63,794 bases of DNA, filler included, from Candidatus Coatesbacteria bacterium (GCA_016927185.1; 5 parts of 5 records of this genome joined end to end with filler, not necessarily neighbours in it), one strand, 5' to 3'. Counted from the whole stretch's first letter, positions 18,972 through 29,452 are shown. The notes: generated from the sequence alone by a model not told the origin. Numbers and translations are program-made.

Positions 18972-20271
18972 TTCTCTCAGGTTCTCTTACAAACAGCATT
19001 AGTAAAATTGTTGATATAAATGCGATTAGCGATCCATAAAGAAATGCAATATTCCCATTGAAAGCTTTGTAAATTACTCCAAAGATAATGCTTGCCGGAA
19101 GTGCACCCAAACCAATTGCAAAATTGAATAATCCATAAGCACTTCCATGAAGTTCCTTTTCTGTCATATCTGCAACGAATGCTTTCTCAGTACCTTCTGT
19201 AAATGCATAATAGAAAGCATATACAGCGAACAGCAGGAACAGGACAGGCAGCTGCCAGTAAGGTGGTACTTTGTCCAGGAAAGCAAATGCAAGATATACA
19301 ATTGCATATATGAACCAGCCAATCTTTATTACCTGTTTCCTTCCAATCCTGTCTGATAAGGAGCTCAAGGGAGTTGAAAGCAGGGATTTAAGGATATGAA
19401 AGAAAGACCAGATAATGGGAATTAGCAAAATGCTTATAATTCTGTTCTGCAATTGCTTATCTTCAATTCTGGTTGCAATTACCTGAAGAGGGTGTATAAG
19501 CCCAAAGAGATAAGTGCTTATGTTGGATTTGCTTATGATTTCATCTGCCCTGAAAAGAAGGAAAGCATCAGAGGAATTTCCAAGTGTGAAAAGAATTATT
19601 ATGAAAAGATATTTCTTGAAATTCCTGTCGAATTGCTTCAATGAAAAGTTTACTGGCTTTGCTTTTTTATCTTCACATTTCGTTTCTTTTACAAAGAATA
19701 TTATAAGGAAAGCAATAATTCCTGGTATCAATGCAATCTTGAAAGTGAATTTGAGGGCATACAATATTGTACAAGGATAGCTTGAAAACAAGAGGTAAAG
19801 AATTAATATGGCAATTAATGGACCTGAAAATGCACCAAGATGATCCATTGCCCTGTGAAAACCGAATGCTTTTCCCAGACAAGATTTGTCAGTTGAACTT
19901 GCAAGCAGAGCATCTCTTGGAGAAGTCCTTATTCCCTTTCCAATTCTGTCAAACATCCTTACCAGAACTATATGCCATGATGAACCTGCAAATCCTATCA
20001 AAGGTCTTGCCAGTCCGGATATACCGTAACCAAGAAGAACAAACAACTTTCTTTTCTTGAGTTTGTCAGAATGAACGCCAGAAAGAAGCTTAAGAAGACT
20101 TGCTGTGGTTTCAGCAATTCCCTCTATTATCCCGAGAGCGATTGTTCCTGAACCGAGAAGTGAAACGAAAACAGGTATCAGGGGATAAATCATTTCAGAA
20201 CTTATGTCTGTAAAAAGACTTACTAAACCAAGAAAAACAACATTTCTTGAAATATTCTTGAAATACTTCAC
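18964..20271 (-). CDS. MFS transporter
   Basis: SLFTDISSEMI, SDKLKKRK, DRIGKGIRTSPRDAL, SDRIGRK; 12 TM. Confidence 0.92.
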   Translation of the reverse strand: MKYFKNISRNVVFLGLVSLFTDISSEMIYPLIPVFVSLLGSGTIALGIIEGIAETTASLLKLLSGVHSDKLKKRKLFVLLGYGISGLARPLIGFAGSSWHIVLVRMFDRIGKGIRTSPRDALLASSTDKSCLGKAFGFHRAMDHLGAFSGPLIAILILYLLFSSYPCTILYALKFTFKIALIPGIIAFLIIFFVKETKCEDKKAKPVNFSLKQFDRNFKKYLFIIILFTLGNSSDAFLLFRADEIISKSNISTYLFGLIHPLQVIATRIEDKQLQNRIISILLIPIIWSFFHILKSLLSTPLSSLSDRIGRKQVIKIGWFIYAIVYLAFAFLDKVPPYWQLPVLFLLFAVYAFYYAFTEGTEKAFVADMTEKELHGSAYGLFNFAIGLGALPASIIFGVIYKAFNGNIAFLYGSLIAFISTILLMLFVREPERIT

Positions 20272-20318
20272 GAATTTCCTATTTAGTAAACCTCTATAAG
20301 TCTTTGTACAATAAGAAT

Positions 20319-21662
20319 TTAGTCTGTTTTTTCTCCAGATATCATGACATTTTCAAACATCATTGAAGGATAAACTATCCCTCCTGGAAATTCTCTTCCG
20401 TCACTTGAGATAGCAACAAGATTCTTCATGAGATTAAATATAGTTGTTCCGAGCATGGCATTCTTTATGGGATACTTGAGCTCGCCATTTTCAATCCAGT
20501 AACCCAGATCAATTGCTGAAGATATATCACCATTTGAATTAGGCTGGAAGGCTGCTGAAGTAAGATAAATTCCTTTGTCTATCTGTTTTATCAATTCAGC
20601 TTCTGTCTTGTCTCCCGGGCTGACAACAATATTGGTGTAGGTTATTTCAGGTCTTGCCCCATATGACTGTCTCATTCCTCTCCCATTGGATTTTGTTTCT
20701 GCCTTTTTTGCAGTATAAGAATTATGAAGAATTTCCTTGAAACATCCGTTTTCAAGAAGAACTACAGGTTTGCAGGGAACTCCCTCACCATCATAAGAAT
20801 GGCTTCTTATTGCATCAGGGATGTTAGGATTGTCTATTATCGTCAGAAACGGAACAGCAAGTTTTTCTTCCAGCCTTCCAGTAAATGGGGAGCGCTTTCT
20901 CTGTAATGCTTCTGCATTAAGTGCTGTAGCTATGCTTTCAGCAAAAGTGCTTGCAGTATCAAAAGATGCAATTACTGGATAGTTTCCTGTAGCTATCTTT
21001 CTTGCACCAAGATACTTCAATGCTATCTCGGAAACATCTTTCCCGAAATTGTTAAATTGAAGATCACTCCATTTCCTGCCAACAATGAAGTCAGAGTATG
21101 TTCCAACGTCCTCACCCTTCTTTATTGTTGCAGAAAGATAGGACAGACAGAACACAGTATCGAATTCCTGCAAAATCCCGAGCGAATTCCAGATGAAATT
21201 TCTTTTAATTGAAATCCTTATGCTTCCTCTCAGACTCATTTCCTTATCTACCTGTATTGCTTCCTCAATCAGTTTGCTGGCAATATCTGCAAGATGAGCA
21301 GTTGAGATTTCAAGTGTCTTCTTATCAGGTTCTGCATTCATGAAATCCGAAGTAGAAGGCAATGGAAGACTGTGAAAATCAGGATCCGGATCAGAATACT
21401 CTATTGTATCTATAAGATTTTTTACTATATATTCTGTTGCCTTCAAATCAAGCCCCATCTGTGATACAAAACCGCTTGCCTTGTTCCTGAACGCTCTTAT
21501 CCCTAAGCCTGAATCATTATTGATTGACAGGTTCTTTATTTCATTTCCAAGTATTTCAACAGAAATCAATCTGTTTTCCTGTATATAAACTTCTGACTGA
21601 TCAATTTTCTTTCTTGATAACCATTTATCTATTTTTCCTGCTATTTCTTTATAATTTTTCAT
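20319..21662 (-). CDS. pmbA: TldE/PmbA-family protein
   Basis: YDGEGVP, NGDIS, GYWIENGEL.YP; lacks HExxH; directly downstream of tldD. Confidence 0.88.
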   Translation of the reverse strand: MKNYKEIAGKIDKWLSRKKIDQSEVYIQENRLISVEILGNEIKNLSINNDSGLGIRAFRNKASGFVSQMGLDLKATEYIVKNLIDTIEYSDPDPDFHSLPLPSTSDFMNAEPDKKTLEISTAHLADIASKLIEEAIQVDKEMSLRGSIRISIKRNFIWNSLGILQEFDTVFCLSYLSATIKKGEDVGTYSDFIVGRKWSDLQFNNFGKDVSEIALKYLGARKIATGNYPVIASFDTASTFAESIATALNAEALQRKRSPFTGRLEEKLAVPFLTIIDNPNIPDAIRSHSYDGEGVPCKPVVLLENGCFKEILHNSYTAKKAETKSNGRGMRQSYGARPEITYTNIVVSPGDKTEAELIKQIDKGIYLTSAAFQPNSNGDISSAIDLGYWIENGELKYPIKNAMLGTTIFNLMKNLVAISSDGREFPGGIVYPSMMFENVMISGEKTD

Positions 21663-21671
21663 TGAAGCCTC

Positions 21672-23069
21672 CTATTCCTGTCCACCAATAACCATTTTGC
21701 TTACTCTGACCATTGGTCCGCCATTATCTACAGGCATTCCCTGACCGTCCTTGCCGCAAGTTCCCGGTTCATTTATATGAAGAACATTTCCAATAGCTTC
21801 GATATTTGAAAGAGTTTCGAGTGTAAGTCCAGATACGCATACATCTCTTAACGGTTCTGCAAGTTTGCCATTCTTTATCATCCAGGCTCTGTTTGCATTG
21901 AAAGTGAACTGCCCCCTGCTTGTATCGACATAACCTCCACCAAAGCCTTTCAGGTAGACACCTTCATCTATATCCTTGTAAAGGTCTTCTTCCTTTGTAT
22001 CTCCAGGGAGCATGTAAGTCACTGATTGTCTTACAATTGGAGGGAATCGATGATCCTGCGACCTGCCATTGCCAGTGCTTGTAGTTCCAGCAGCACCAGC
22101 AGTCTGCAGATTGTACATGAATCCTTTCAGAACACCATTCTCAATAAGTATTGTTTTTTGTGCAGGAACTCCTTCGCTGTCAAAAATGTAATGACCATGC
22201 GTTTCAGGTATGCTTCCATCATCTATTATTGTGACAAGAGGAGAGGCTATCTGATCCCCGACCTTGCCTTTTATTATTGAATCTCCTCCCTGAACAAGAT
22301 CAGCTTCGGCATTATGCCCGAAGGCTTCATGGACAAACAGCCCTACAAGGCTTGGATCAAGGATTGTTGGGAAAGCGCCTGCTTTTGGAGGTTTTGCAGT
22401 TAGCAAATCCAGGGCATCAGTAGCTGCATGAATTGAGAATTTTTCAGGGTCTATCTCTTTCATTACTTCGTAACCACCAACGCGTCCTGTGAATCTGAGC
22501 CCTGATTGTCTTATATTTCCATCTTGAGTAACAACGAAGACATATATCTTGTTAAGGCAGAATGATTGCTTGAGAAATGTTCCATAAGTATTGCAAAGGG
22601 TTTCTGTATGATACAAATCATGGTAGAATATTCTCAAATTAGCCAGATAGTCTTTTGCTTTAGAGATGACTACCGATTCATGTTGTCGGAGCATCTTGAT
22701 TTTTTCCTTGAGAGAGACATTTCTTGGATTTATCTTCACAGGTATCTCAACCTCTCCCTCAACTGCTGGGGCTTTCGCAAGGATTATTTTTTCTTTTCTG
22801 TTTCTGGAGACAATTTTGGCTATTTCTAAGGCATCCAGAAGACACTGCTTGATATCACTATCCTTATCAGAATTGGTTGAAGCGAATCCCCATGCTCCAT
22901 CATAAAGCACTCTGATTCCCATTCCGAAGACATTTCCTGTATCAAGTTTATCAATTTTTTTGTCCTGCAGTTGAATATTAGTAATATTTTTCTCGACAAA
23001 CCTGAATTCAGCAAAGTCAGCACCTAATTTTCGTGCTTCATCTCTCAATTTGAACAATTTCTTTTTCAT
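21672..23069 (-). CDS. tldD: TldD metalloprotease
   Basis: GMGIRV...GAWGFAS, HEAFGHNAEAD zinc motif, FDSEGV, TGNGR, CGKDGQ. Confidence 0.95.
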   Translation of the reverse strand: MKKKLFKLRDEARKLGADFAEFRFVEKNITNIQLQDKKIDKLDTGNVFGMGIRVLYDGAWGFASTNSDKDSDIKQCLLDALEIAKIVSRNRKEKIILAKAPAVEGEVEIPVKINPRNVSLKEKIKMLRQHESVVISKAKDYLANLRIFYHDLYHTETLCNTYGTFLKQSFCLNKIYVFVVTQDGNIRQSGLRFTGRVGGYEVMKEIDPEKFSIHAATDALDLLTAKPPKAGAFPTILDPSLVGLFVHEAFGHNAEADLVQGGDSIIKGKVGDQIASPLVTIIDDGSIPETHGHYIFDSEGVPAQKTILIENGVLKGFMYNLQTAGAAGTTSTGNGRSQDHRFPPIVRQSVTYMLPGDTKEEDLYKDIDEGVYLKGFGGGYVDTSRGQFTFNANRAWMIKNGKLAEPLRDVCVSGLTLETLSNIEAIGNVLHINEPGTCGKDGQGMPVDNGGPMVRVSKMVIGGQE

Positions 23070-23227
23070 CTGTTACCTCCAAAAAAATCAACAGACTAGG
23101 GTAAAAATGCATTTGTTAAGTCAAGTTTTAAATTAATTTATATTGACTTAAGTTGCATGGAAAATGATTATATGTATATAGTGAAACAAGAATGAGATTC
23201 TATCCTTAAGGAGCATAGAATGCGTAT

Positions 23228-23327
23228 NNNNNNNNNNNNNNNNNNNNNNNNNNNNNNNNNNNNNNNNNNNNTTAATTAATTAANNNNNNNNNNNNNNNNN
23301 NNNNNNNNNNNNNNNNNNNNNNNNNNN
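23228..23327. other. Artificial contig linker
   Basis: N44-TTAATTAATTAA-N44. Confidence 0.98.
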
Positions 23328-23548
23328 CCTATTCTTGCTTTCAAGAATTCATACTCACTTTCTGTTATTTCAGCTGGATAATTAAATGGTATCCCTACCA
23401 TGATCAGTTGACCTATTTTTTGTTCCAGACTTAATTCAGCTTCTTTTTGCACCTTGACTAATTCTTTTTTTTCAACTATAAAATAATCTTGTTTGCCAGA
23501 TTTACAGGAAATAATAATTGTAATAAAAAAAAAAATGACCTGTTTCAT
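23328..23548 (-). CDS. N-terminus of a GH3 (NagZ-like) lipoprotein, truncated by contig end
   Basis: Lipobox IISC; LSLEQKIGQLIMVG is the typical GH3 N-terminal motif. Confidence 0.7.
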
Positions 23549-24456
23549 TATGGAGGACCAAATAGTATGTCAGCAATTTCCAATTGCATGAAAAGATAGA
23601 TTAAACCAAAGAGAACTATAAGGAAAATAAGAATACCTGAAATCCACCAGAGCAAAGAGATTTGCTCTCCTTTCTCTTTTTTAATCTCTTGACCTAATAT
23701 ATCAATAACTGATATGATAATTACTGTTATATTGTCCCTTCCACCTCTCTTGTTTGCTAATTCTATGAGCTCATTAATAATCTCCTGTGGAGTAATAGTT
23801 TTTGCCAGATGTACTTTTATATCATTATCAGTAATGTGCCTTGTTAGTCCGTCAGAGCATAGTAATATTTTCTCTCCTTTATGGAGTTTACGGCCATAAA
23901 GATCGACTTTAAGGTTTTCCTCCCTGCCAAGACATCTTGTAAGTTTACTTCCAACAGGGCTTTCTTGTGCTTGTTGAGTTGAAAGACCAAGTGCTGTAGC
24001 ATAAGTATGATCAACAGTAATCTGGATAAGTTTATCGTTCAGAAAACAATAAGCTCTGCTATCACCAATATTCGCTACATATAAATTATCTTTTTCGATA
24101 ATTGCAGTAACAACAGTAGTTCCCATATTTGATTTTTCCTGATCACTTCTTGCCATCCCAAGTATTTCATTATTTGCTTTTTTCAAAACATTTTCTATAA
24201 GAGCTTCTATTTTCTCTTTTTTTCGTATTTCAAAAAAGGACTTGGTTATTATTTCAACTGCTGTTTTGCTTGCAACTTCACCTGCTTTATGCCCTCCCAT
24301 TCCATCTGCTACAATAGCAAGTATTGGTAAATCCTTGTCCTCATCTCTTCTGTCTATTAAAGCATAAGCATCTTCATTATTGGTTCTGTTCATTCCAATA
24401 TGTGAGGATTTACCAACTTCTATTGTAAACTGGATTTTGTTTGTCTTTTTGTTCAT
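23548..24456 (-). CDS. PP2C-type Ser/Thr phosphatase (Stp1/PrpC) with C-terminal TM
   Basis: NNEDA, VADGMGGH.AGEVAS, MGTT, NIGDSRAY, LLCSDGL, GGRDNIT. Confidence 0.95.
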   Translation of the reverse strand: MNKKTNKIQFTIEVGKSSHIGMNRTNNEDAYALIDRRDEDKDLPILAIVADGMGGHKAGEVASKTAVEIITKSFFEIRKKEKIEALIENVLKKANNEILGMARSDQEKSNMGTTVVTAIIEKDNLYVANIGDSRAYCFLNDKLIQITVDHTYATALGLSTQQAQESPVGSKLTRCLGREENLKVDLYGRKLHKGEKILLCSDGLTRHITDNDIKVHLAKTITPQEIINELIELANKRGGRDNITVIIISVIDILGQEIKKEKGEQISLLWWISGILIFLIVLFGLIYLFMQLEIADILFGPP

Positions 24457-24580
24457 CTCTTTTCACACTGATTAATAAATATTTTTTTGTAAAGCAATTT
24501 TTTAAAATAAAAATTTCGTTGAGAAAATTTTAATGCAATAACCATTGACACTAATAACAAAATTAGAACCTTGTATCCTC

Positions 24581-24802
24581 ATGAGAAAGATTACCGTCAA
24601 GGTTTATCCGAATTCCAAGAGAGATGAAGTATATGTTGAAAATGACATCCTAATTGTTCGAACCACAAAACAAGCAAAAGAAGGTAAAGCTAACGATGCT
24701 GTTGTGAAATTACTATCAAAGTACTTCAAAATTCCCATTTCTTGCATATCAATTAAAACCGGAAGATCATCAAAAAACAAGATAGTAGAGATAAATGATT
24801 AA
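24581..24802 (+). CDS. DUF167 (YggU/UPF0235) protein
   Basis: ITVKVYPNS, GKANDAVVKLLSKYF, GRSSKNK; likely start MRKITV. Confidence 0.88.
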   Translation: MRKITVKVYPNSKRDEVYVENDILIVRTTKQAKEGKANDAVVKLLSKYFKIPISCISIKTGRSSKNKIVEIND

Positions 24803-24831
24803 AATTGGGATTGAGAAAATCAATCCCAATT
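24803..24831. terminator. Hairpin between convergent genes
   Basis: AATTGGGATTGA-gaaaa-TCAATCCCAATT perfect 12-bp stem. Confidence 0.7.
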
Positions 24832-24832
24832 A

Positions 24833-25093
24833 TTAAGAAACCATTAGAAGAGAACGGTTTTGTATTTCTGGTAAAATTTCCTTGTTGAAAATTGGAACAA
24901 TTTCTCCTGCTTGACTTATATTGAATATTCTTCCCTGAACATTAACTTTGCAGTCTTCTTCTAGCGAATTATTATCGAAAACTAGTTCTATTGCCTTGTG
25001 AAGCTGAAAAATTCTAATGCTTTCATTTAAAAACTGCAATACATCAATACCAACTTTTTTATCAGGTTTGAATATTACTTTTATTGGGAACAA
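24833..25093 (-). CDS. Small hypothetical protein (about 86 aa)
   Basis: GGAGGT RBS upstream of TTG at 25093; ends at the shared hairpin; no family recognised. Confidence 0.55.
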   Translation of the reverse strand: MFPIKVIFKPDKKVGIDVLQFLNESIRIFQLHKAIELVFDNNSLEEDCKVNVQGRIFNISQAGEIVPIFNKEILPEIQNRSLLMVS

Positions 25094-25228
25094 ATTATAC
25101 CTCCACAACACTAGTTGTACAAATCATACAACTGTTAAAAAAATACACCTATTAATAACCTATTACTTTCAATTTTATGATTATACTGCAAATAACATGC
25201 CAAGATATCAAGATACAACCTGCTTAAG

Positions 25229-25252
25229 AGCTGATGAATAAAATCATCAGCT
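25229..25252 (-). terminator. Hairpin downstream of rubredoxin
   Basis: AGCTGATGA-ataaaa-TCATCAGCT, 7 nt after the rubredoxin stop; weak U-tract. Confidence 0.55.
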
Positions 25253-25259
25253 TTGTGAT

Positions 25260-25421
25260 TTACTGTTCTAATGAAAACTCACTTTTACCTGCACCACATA
25301 ATGGACATGTCCAATCATCTGGCAAATTCTCGAATGCTGTTCCAGGTTCAATATCATTATCTGGATCTCCTACCTCTGGGTCATATACATAACCACAGAT
25401 TTCACAAACATATCTCTTCAT
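25260..25421 (-). CDS. Rubredoxin (53 aa, below ORF-track cutoff)
   Basis: [62 protein letters not shown]. Confidence 0.97.
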   Translation of the reverse strand: MKRYVCEICGYVYDPEVGDPDNDIEPGTAFENLPDDWTCPLCGAGKSEFSLEQ

Positions 25422-25453
25422 TTATTTATCCTCCCTTTCTATCTTGTTATTCG

Positions 25454-25984
25454 TTATTTCCCTTCAAAAGCTTTGAAAGTAGGCGCAGTTTTAGGACTTT
25501 TCCCTTTCTTCAGCAGGTGGTAATTAGCATAAGTTAATGGAGTTCCCTGTTTCAAGATATCTGCTGCAATAACCTCACCGATAAATACTGTATGAGTTAC
25601 TACATCTATGCTATTAATCACTTTTGCTTCCATGAATGATAGAGTATTATCAATTACTATAGGACAATTAGTAAATCCTTTTTTAAATCCCACAGAAGCA
25701 AATTTATCTATATCTCTTCCTGATCTGAAACCAAACAATCCAATGAATTTCAAATCAGCTTCTTCTTCAACAATTGATACACTGAAGAATCCACTTTTTT
25801 CGATATATTCATGGGTTAAATTGCTTTTGTTTATGCTTATTGCTATTGTGCATGGTTCTCCTGATATTTGAAAGACAGTATTTGCTATCTGCCCATTCAT
25901 TTTATCATCAAGAAATGATGAAACAATATAGAGTCCATAACTAATATCCCTTAGAGCTTTCTGATTAAGTACATTCTCTTCCAT
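25454..25984 (-). CDS. Flavin reductase-like protein (Hrb N-terminal domain-like)
   Basis: ISYGLYIV, NGQIANTVFQI, FGFRSGRDIDKF, THTVFIG, LTYANYH..KKGKSPKTAPT. Confidence 0.88.
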   Translation of the reverse strand: MEENVLNQKALRDISYGLYIVSSFLDDKMNGQIANTVFQISGEPCTIAISINKSNLTHEYIEKSGFFSVSIVEEEADLKFIGLFGFRSGRDIDKFASVGFKKGFTNCPIVIDNTLSFMEAKVINSIDVVTHTVFIGEVIAADILKQGTPLTYANYHLLKKGKSPKTAPTFKAFEGK

Positions 25985-25990
25985 ATTTAC

Positions 25991-26452
25991 CTATTCCTCT
26001 ACTATTAATAAATCCACTGGTTTTGGAGCTTTCACAGATAGGAAAACAGCAGGAGTATCCCCAATATTCTCAAATCTATGAGGGATATCCATTTTACCTT
26101 CTATAACATCTCCTTTTTCAGCTACGAACTGCTTATCTCCTACAGTAAAATTAATCCTCCCTTTTATTACAAAGAAAATTTCATCTGTTGTAGGATGTTT
26201 ATGCAGAGGACTTCTTTTTCCTGGAGGAAGGTTATAGATGAATGGAGCAAGAGACTTGTAATCACCGAAAAATGGATTTACTTCTATTTCATTTCCATAT
26301 GAAGCTTTTTGCGCATAATGCATGAATATTGATTCAAAATCATCTGATATCTCAGAAAATTTCTCTGCAGGTGCACCACAATTTGGACATTTATCAGGAG
26401 GAAACTCTCCCTCATGAATATAACCGCATACACTGCAACGCCATTTTTTCAT
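25991..26452 (-). CDS. Rubredoxin-like + cupin fusion protein
   Basis: [10 protein letters not shown]...CPNCGA; cupin [14 protein letters not shown]...PHRFEN. Confidence 0.85.
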   Translation of the reverse strand: MKKWRCSVCGYIHEGEFPPDKCPNCGAPAEKFSEISDDFESIFMHYAQKASYGNEIEVNPFFGDYKSLAPFIYNLPPGKRSPLHKHPTTDEIFFVIKGRINFTVGDKQFVAEKGDVIEGKMDIPHRFENIGDTPAVFLSVKAPKPVDLLIVEE

Positions 26453-26565
26453 AATACCTCCTTGTTTTAAAAGATTATAATAAATATTCCTGAAAAAATC
26501 AAGTTCTTTCAGGTAGTTTTTTCATATAGATGAATCTTTTATGTCCGCCACTAATCTCAGGAAAA

Positions 26566-27786
26566 TTACTTACATTCATTGAGTTTTACCTTCAGCGCTT
26601 TAGCAAGTTCTCTTCCATGTTCAACACATCTTTCAAGTGCATTAACATCAGGAACAAATTTCACTTTCAAACCTTCACAAGCAATGTTTATTTTCATCTC
26701 TTTTAAATAATTCTCCAAAATACCAATGCTCTCTCCACTCCATCCATATGAACCGAAAGCACAGGCAATCTTATTGATTGGTTTTAATCCTCTAATATAA
26801 GTCAAAACATCTGCTATTCTAGGAAGTATATTATTATTCAATGTCGGAGAACCAATCACTATCGCCCCTGAATCTAGAATCTCAGTAATCACATCACTTC
26901 GATGATTTTTGGACAATGGTAGTAAATTTGTATTTATCCCTTCTGAGATTATTCCCTCAGAAATAGCTTTTGCCATTATTGACGTGCTTTGCCACATCGT
27001 ATCATATATAATGGAGACCTTAGGTTGCATTTTCTGTTCTGCCCAGAATTTATACAAACCAAGGATTTTACTTATATCTTTGTTTGTTCTCCATATAGGT
27101 CCATGATCTGGTGCAACCAACTTCAAAGGCAAATCATATTTTGGTAAATCAACAAGCAGTTTGAGAACGAGGGACGAAAAGGGAAGCAAGATATTTGCGT
27201 AATATTTCGCTCCCTCATTATGTAAAATATCATCCTTGATTTCATCTGCAAAAAGCTCACTAGACGCAAGATGCATCCCAAAAGCATCCTGGGAAAACAG
27301 TATTTCCTCTTCATGCAGATAACTGAACATACTATCAGGCCAGTGAAGCATTTTTGTTTCTATGAATGTCATATTCATGTTTCCAAGGCTTATTTTCTCA
27401 CCACTTTTAACAGGAGTAATATCATATGTCGTATGCAGCTGTTCATTAAGAGCCTTGATACCAGCAACAGATGCAAAAACCTTTTCGGGTTTTGATATTC
27501 CAATCAAATCTTCTAAAGATCCAGAGTGATCCATTTCAGCATGATTAGAAATTATATAGTCTATCTTCTGAGGTTCAATAATAGAGCTTATTCTTGATAT
27601 TAGTTCATCCTTGAGGTATGATTTCACTGTATCAATAAGCGTTACTTTTTCAGCCAATACGAGAAAAGCATTATAAGTAGTTCCCTTGTTAGTGTTATAG
27701 CCATGAAAATCTGAAATACTCCAGTCAATAGCTCCCACCCAGTAAACTCTATCGGTGATTTTCTTAGCTTTGAATATATGCTCCAC
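26566..27786 (-). CDS. fprA: Flavodiiron protein (FprA, O2/NO reductase)
   Basis: GTTYNAF, NHAEMDHSG, LHWPD, FSQDAFG, PDHG, flavodoxin TMWQST, GSPT, FGSYGWSG. Confidence 0.96.
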   Translation of the reverse strand: MEHIFKAKKITDRVYWVGAIDWSISDFHGYNTNKGTTYNAFLVLAEKVTLIDTVKSYLKDELISRISSIIEPQKIDYIISNHAEMDHSGSLEDLIGISKPEKVFASVAGIKALNEQLHTTYDITPVKSGEKISLGNMNMTFIETKMLHWPDSMFSYLHEEEILFSQDAFGMHLASSELFADEIKDDILHNEGAKYYANILLPFSSLVLKLLVDLPKYDLPLKLVAPDHGPIWRTNKDISKILGLYKFWAEQKMQPKVSIIYDTMWQSTSIMAKAISEGIISEGINTNLLPLSKNHRSDVITEILDSGAIVIGSPTLNNNILPRIADVLTYIRGLKPINKIACAFGSYGWSGESIGILENYLKEMKINIACEGLKVKFVPDVNALERCVEHGRELAKALKVKLNECK

Positions 27787-27798
27787 TTTCCCTCCTTA

Positions 27799-29442
27799 TT
27801 ATCCAAGTATGGTTCTTAAATCCTCTTCAGGTGTTGTTATAGGTTTAATATTAAACTTCTCAACCAGTACCTTTAGTATTGCAGGAGTAACAAATGCAGG
27901 TAATGAAGGTCCAAGTCTCATATTCTTGATACCAAGATGCAGAAGTGTCAGAAGAATGGCAACTGCTTTTTGTTCATACCAGGAAAGAATTAGAGAAAGA
28001 GGAAGATTGTTCACATCAGTATTGAAAGCCTTAGATAATGCTACAGCAACAAGGATAGCAGAATATGCATCGTTGCATTGTCCCATATCAAGCAATCTTG
28101 GAATTCCTCCAATATCTCCATATTCCAGTTTGTTGAAACGATATTTTCCACATGCAAGAGTTAATATGATGCAATCTTTAGGTACTTTCTGGGCAAATTC
28201 TGTATAATAGTTCCTTCCCGGTTTTGCTCCATCGCATCCACCTATCAAGAAGAAATGCTTAATTGCTCCATTTTTTACTGCTTCTATAACTTTATCAGCA
28301 ACACTCATTACAGTATTATGTCCAAATCCTATCCATATCCTCTTCTCTTCAGCGTCCTCTTTGAAACCTTCTGCTTCAAGAGCTGCCTTGATTACAGGAG
28401 TAAAATCCTTATCCTTAATATGTACTACTTGAGGCCATGCGACAAGTCCAGTTGTAAAAATCCTGTTTTTGTAACTATCCTTAGGTTTTTGTATGCAGTT
28501 AGTTGTCATTAGGATTGCTCCCGGAAATTCGTTAAATTCCTTTCTTTGCTCTTGCCAAGCTCCTCCATAATTCCCGACTAAATGCTTGTATTTCTTTAGT
28601 GATGGGTAGGCATTAGCTGGAAGCATTTCTCCGTGAGTATATATATTTATTCCTTTTCCTTCTGTTTGTTTCAAAAGCTCTTCAAGATCTTTTAGATCAT
28701 GCCCTGATATCAAAATTGATTTGCCTTTCTTTGGAGTAATTCTTACCTGAGTTGGTTCTGGATGACCATATGAAGAGGTATTGGCATTATCAAGAATTTC
28801 AATAGTCAACAGGTTTATTTCACCACACTTCATACAAAACTCCAGCAATTTGCCAACTTCCTGCTTTTCACCTGCAAGATAAGCCAAAGATTCATGAATA
28901 AAAGAATAAATTCTGTCATCTTCCTTACCTAAAATTCTTGCATGATCAGCATAAGCACTAATACCTTTCAACCCATAGGTCAGCAGTTCCTGTAACCCAG
29001 TGATATCATCACCCAAACTCTCTTTACGCTTCAAAATCGTTACATCTTCTCCTTGTTTCATAATTGATTCTGAGTTTTCCTCAATTTTAAAGTCGGCTGG
29101 ACTTTCAATCTTTTCTGGCTTTATTCCTTTAAGTTTACAAGTTTCCTCATAAAGAGCTTTTGCCTTGTTTCTTATATCATTCGCTTCTTTCAGCAGCTTT
29201 TCATAACGGTCAGTGTCAAAATTTACGTTAGTAACTGTTGTGAACAATGCCTCAATAGTGAATCTGTTGATGTCATCATCTACTTTTCCCAATTTTCTAG
29301 CTAGATGTGCATACATTGATATCCCTTTTGTTACATAAATCAATAAATCCAGCAATGCAGCCACATGTGGATCTTTTCCACAAACACCAAATTTTGTACA
29401 ACCAGTTCCCTGATTTGTTTGTTCACACTGATAACAAAACAT
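27799..29442 (-). CDS. hcp: Hybrid cluster protein (hydroxylamine/NO reductase)
   Basis: Start MFCYQCEQT..GC..GVCGK at 29442 (AAGGAGG RBS); SGHDL, THGEMLP, TTNC, GGCDG, LACGKY, GQCND, SWYEQKA. Confidence 0.98.
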   Translation of the reverse strand: MFCYQCEQTNQGTGCTKFGVCGKDPHVAALLDLLIYVTKGISMYAHLARKLGKVDDDINRFTIEALFTTVTNVNFDTDRYEKLLKEANDIRNKAKALYEETCKLKGIKPEKIESPADFKIEENSESIMKQGEDVTILKRKESLGDDITGLQELLTYGLKGISAYADHARILGKEDDRIYSFIHESLAYLAGEKQEVGKLLEFCMKCGEINLLTIEILDNANTSSYGHPEPTQVRITPKKGKSILISGHDLKDLEELLKQTEGKGINIYTHGEMLPANAYPSLKKYKHLVGNYGGAWQEQRKEFNEFPGAILMTTNCIQKPKDSYKNRIFTTGLVAWPQVVHIKDKDFTPVIKAALEAEGFKEDAEEKRIWIGFGHNTVMSVADKVIEAVKNGAIKHFFLIGGCDGAKPGRNYYTEFAQKVPKDCIILTLACGKYRFNKLEYGDIGGIPRLLDMGQCNDAYSAILVAVALSKAFNTDVNNLPLSLILSWYEQKAVAILLTLLHLGIKNMRLGPSLPAFVTPAILKVLVEKFNIKPITTPEEDLRTILG

Positions 29443-29452
29443 ATTTCCTCCT

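Noticed and set aside
7571..23069. RiPP cluster from SagB-like oxidase plus TldD/E
   Set aside because: They lie on different contigs; no YcaO, precursor or RRE seen; both families commonly stand alone
25271..25537. 88-aa plus-strand ORF and the many other short antisense ORFs in the track
   Set aside because: Shadow frames of well-supported opposite-strand genes (here rubredoxin and flavin reductase)
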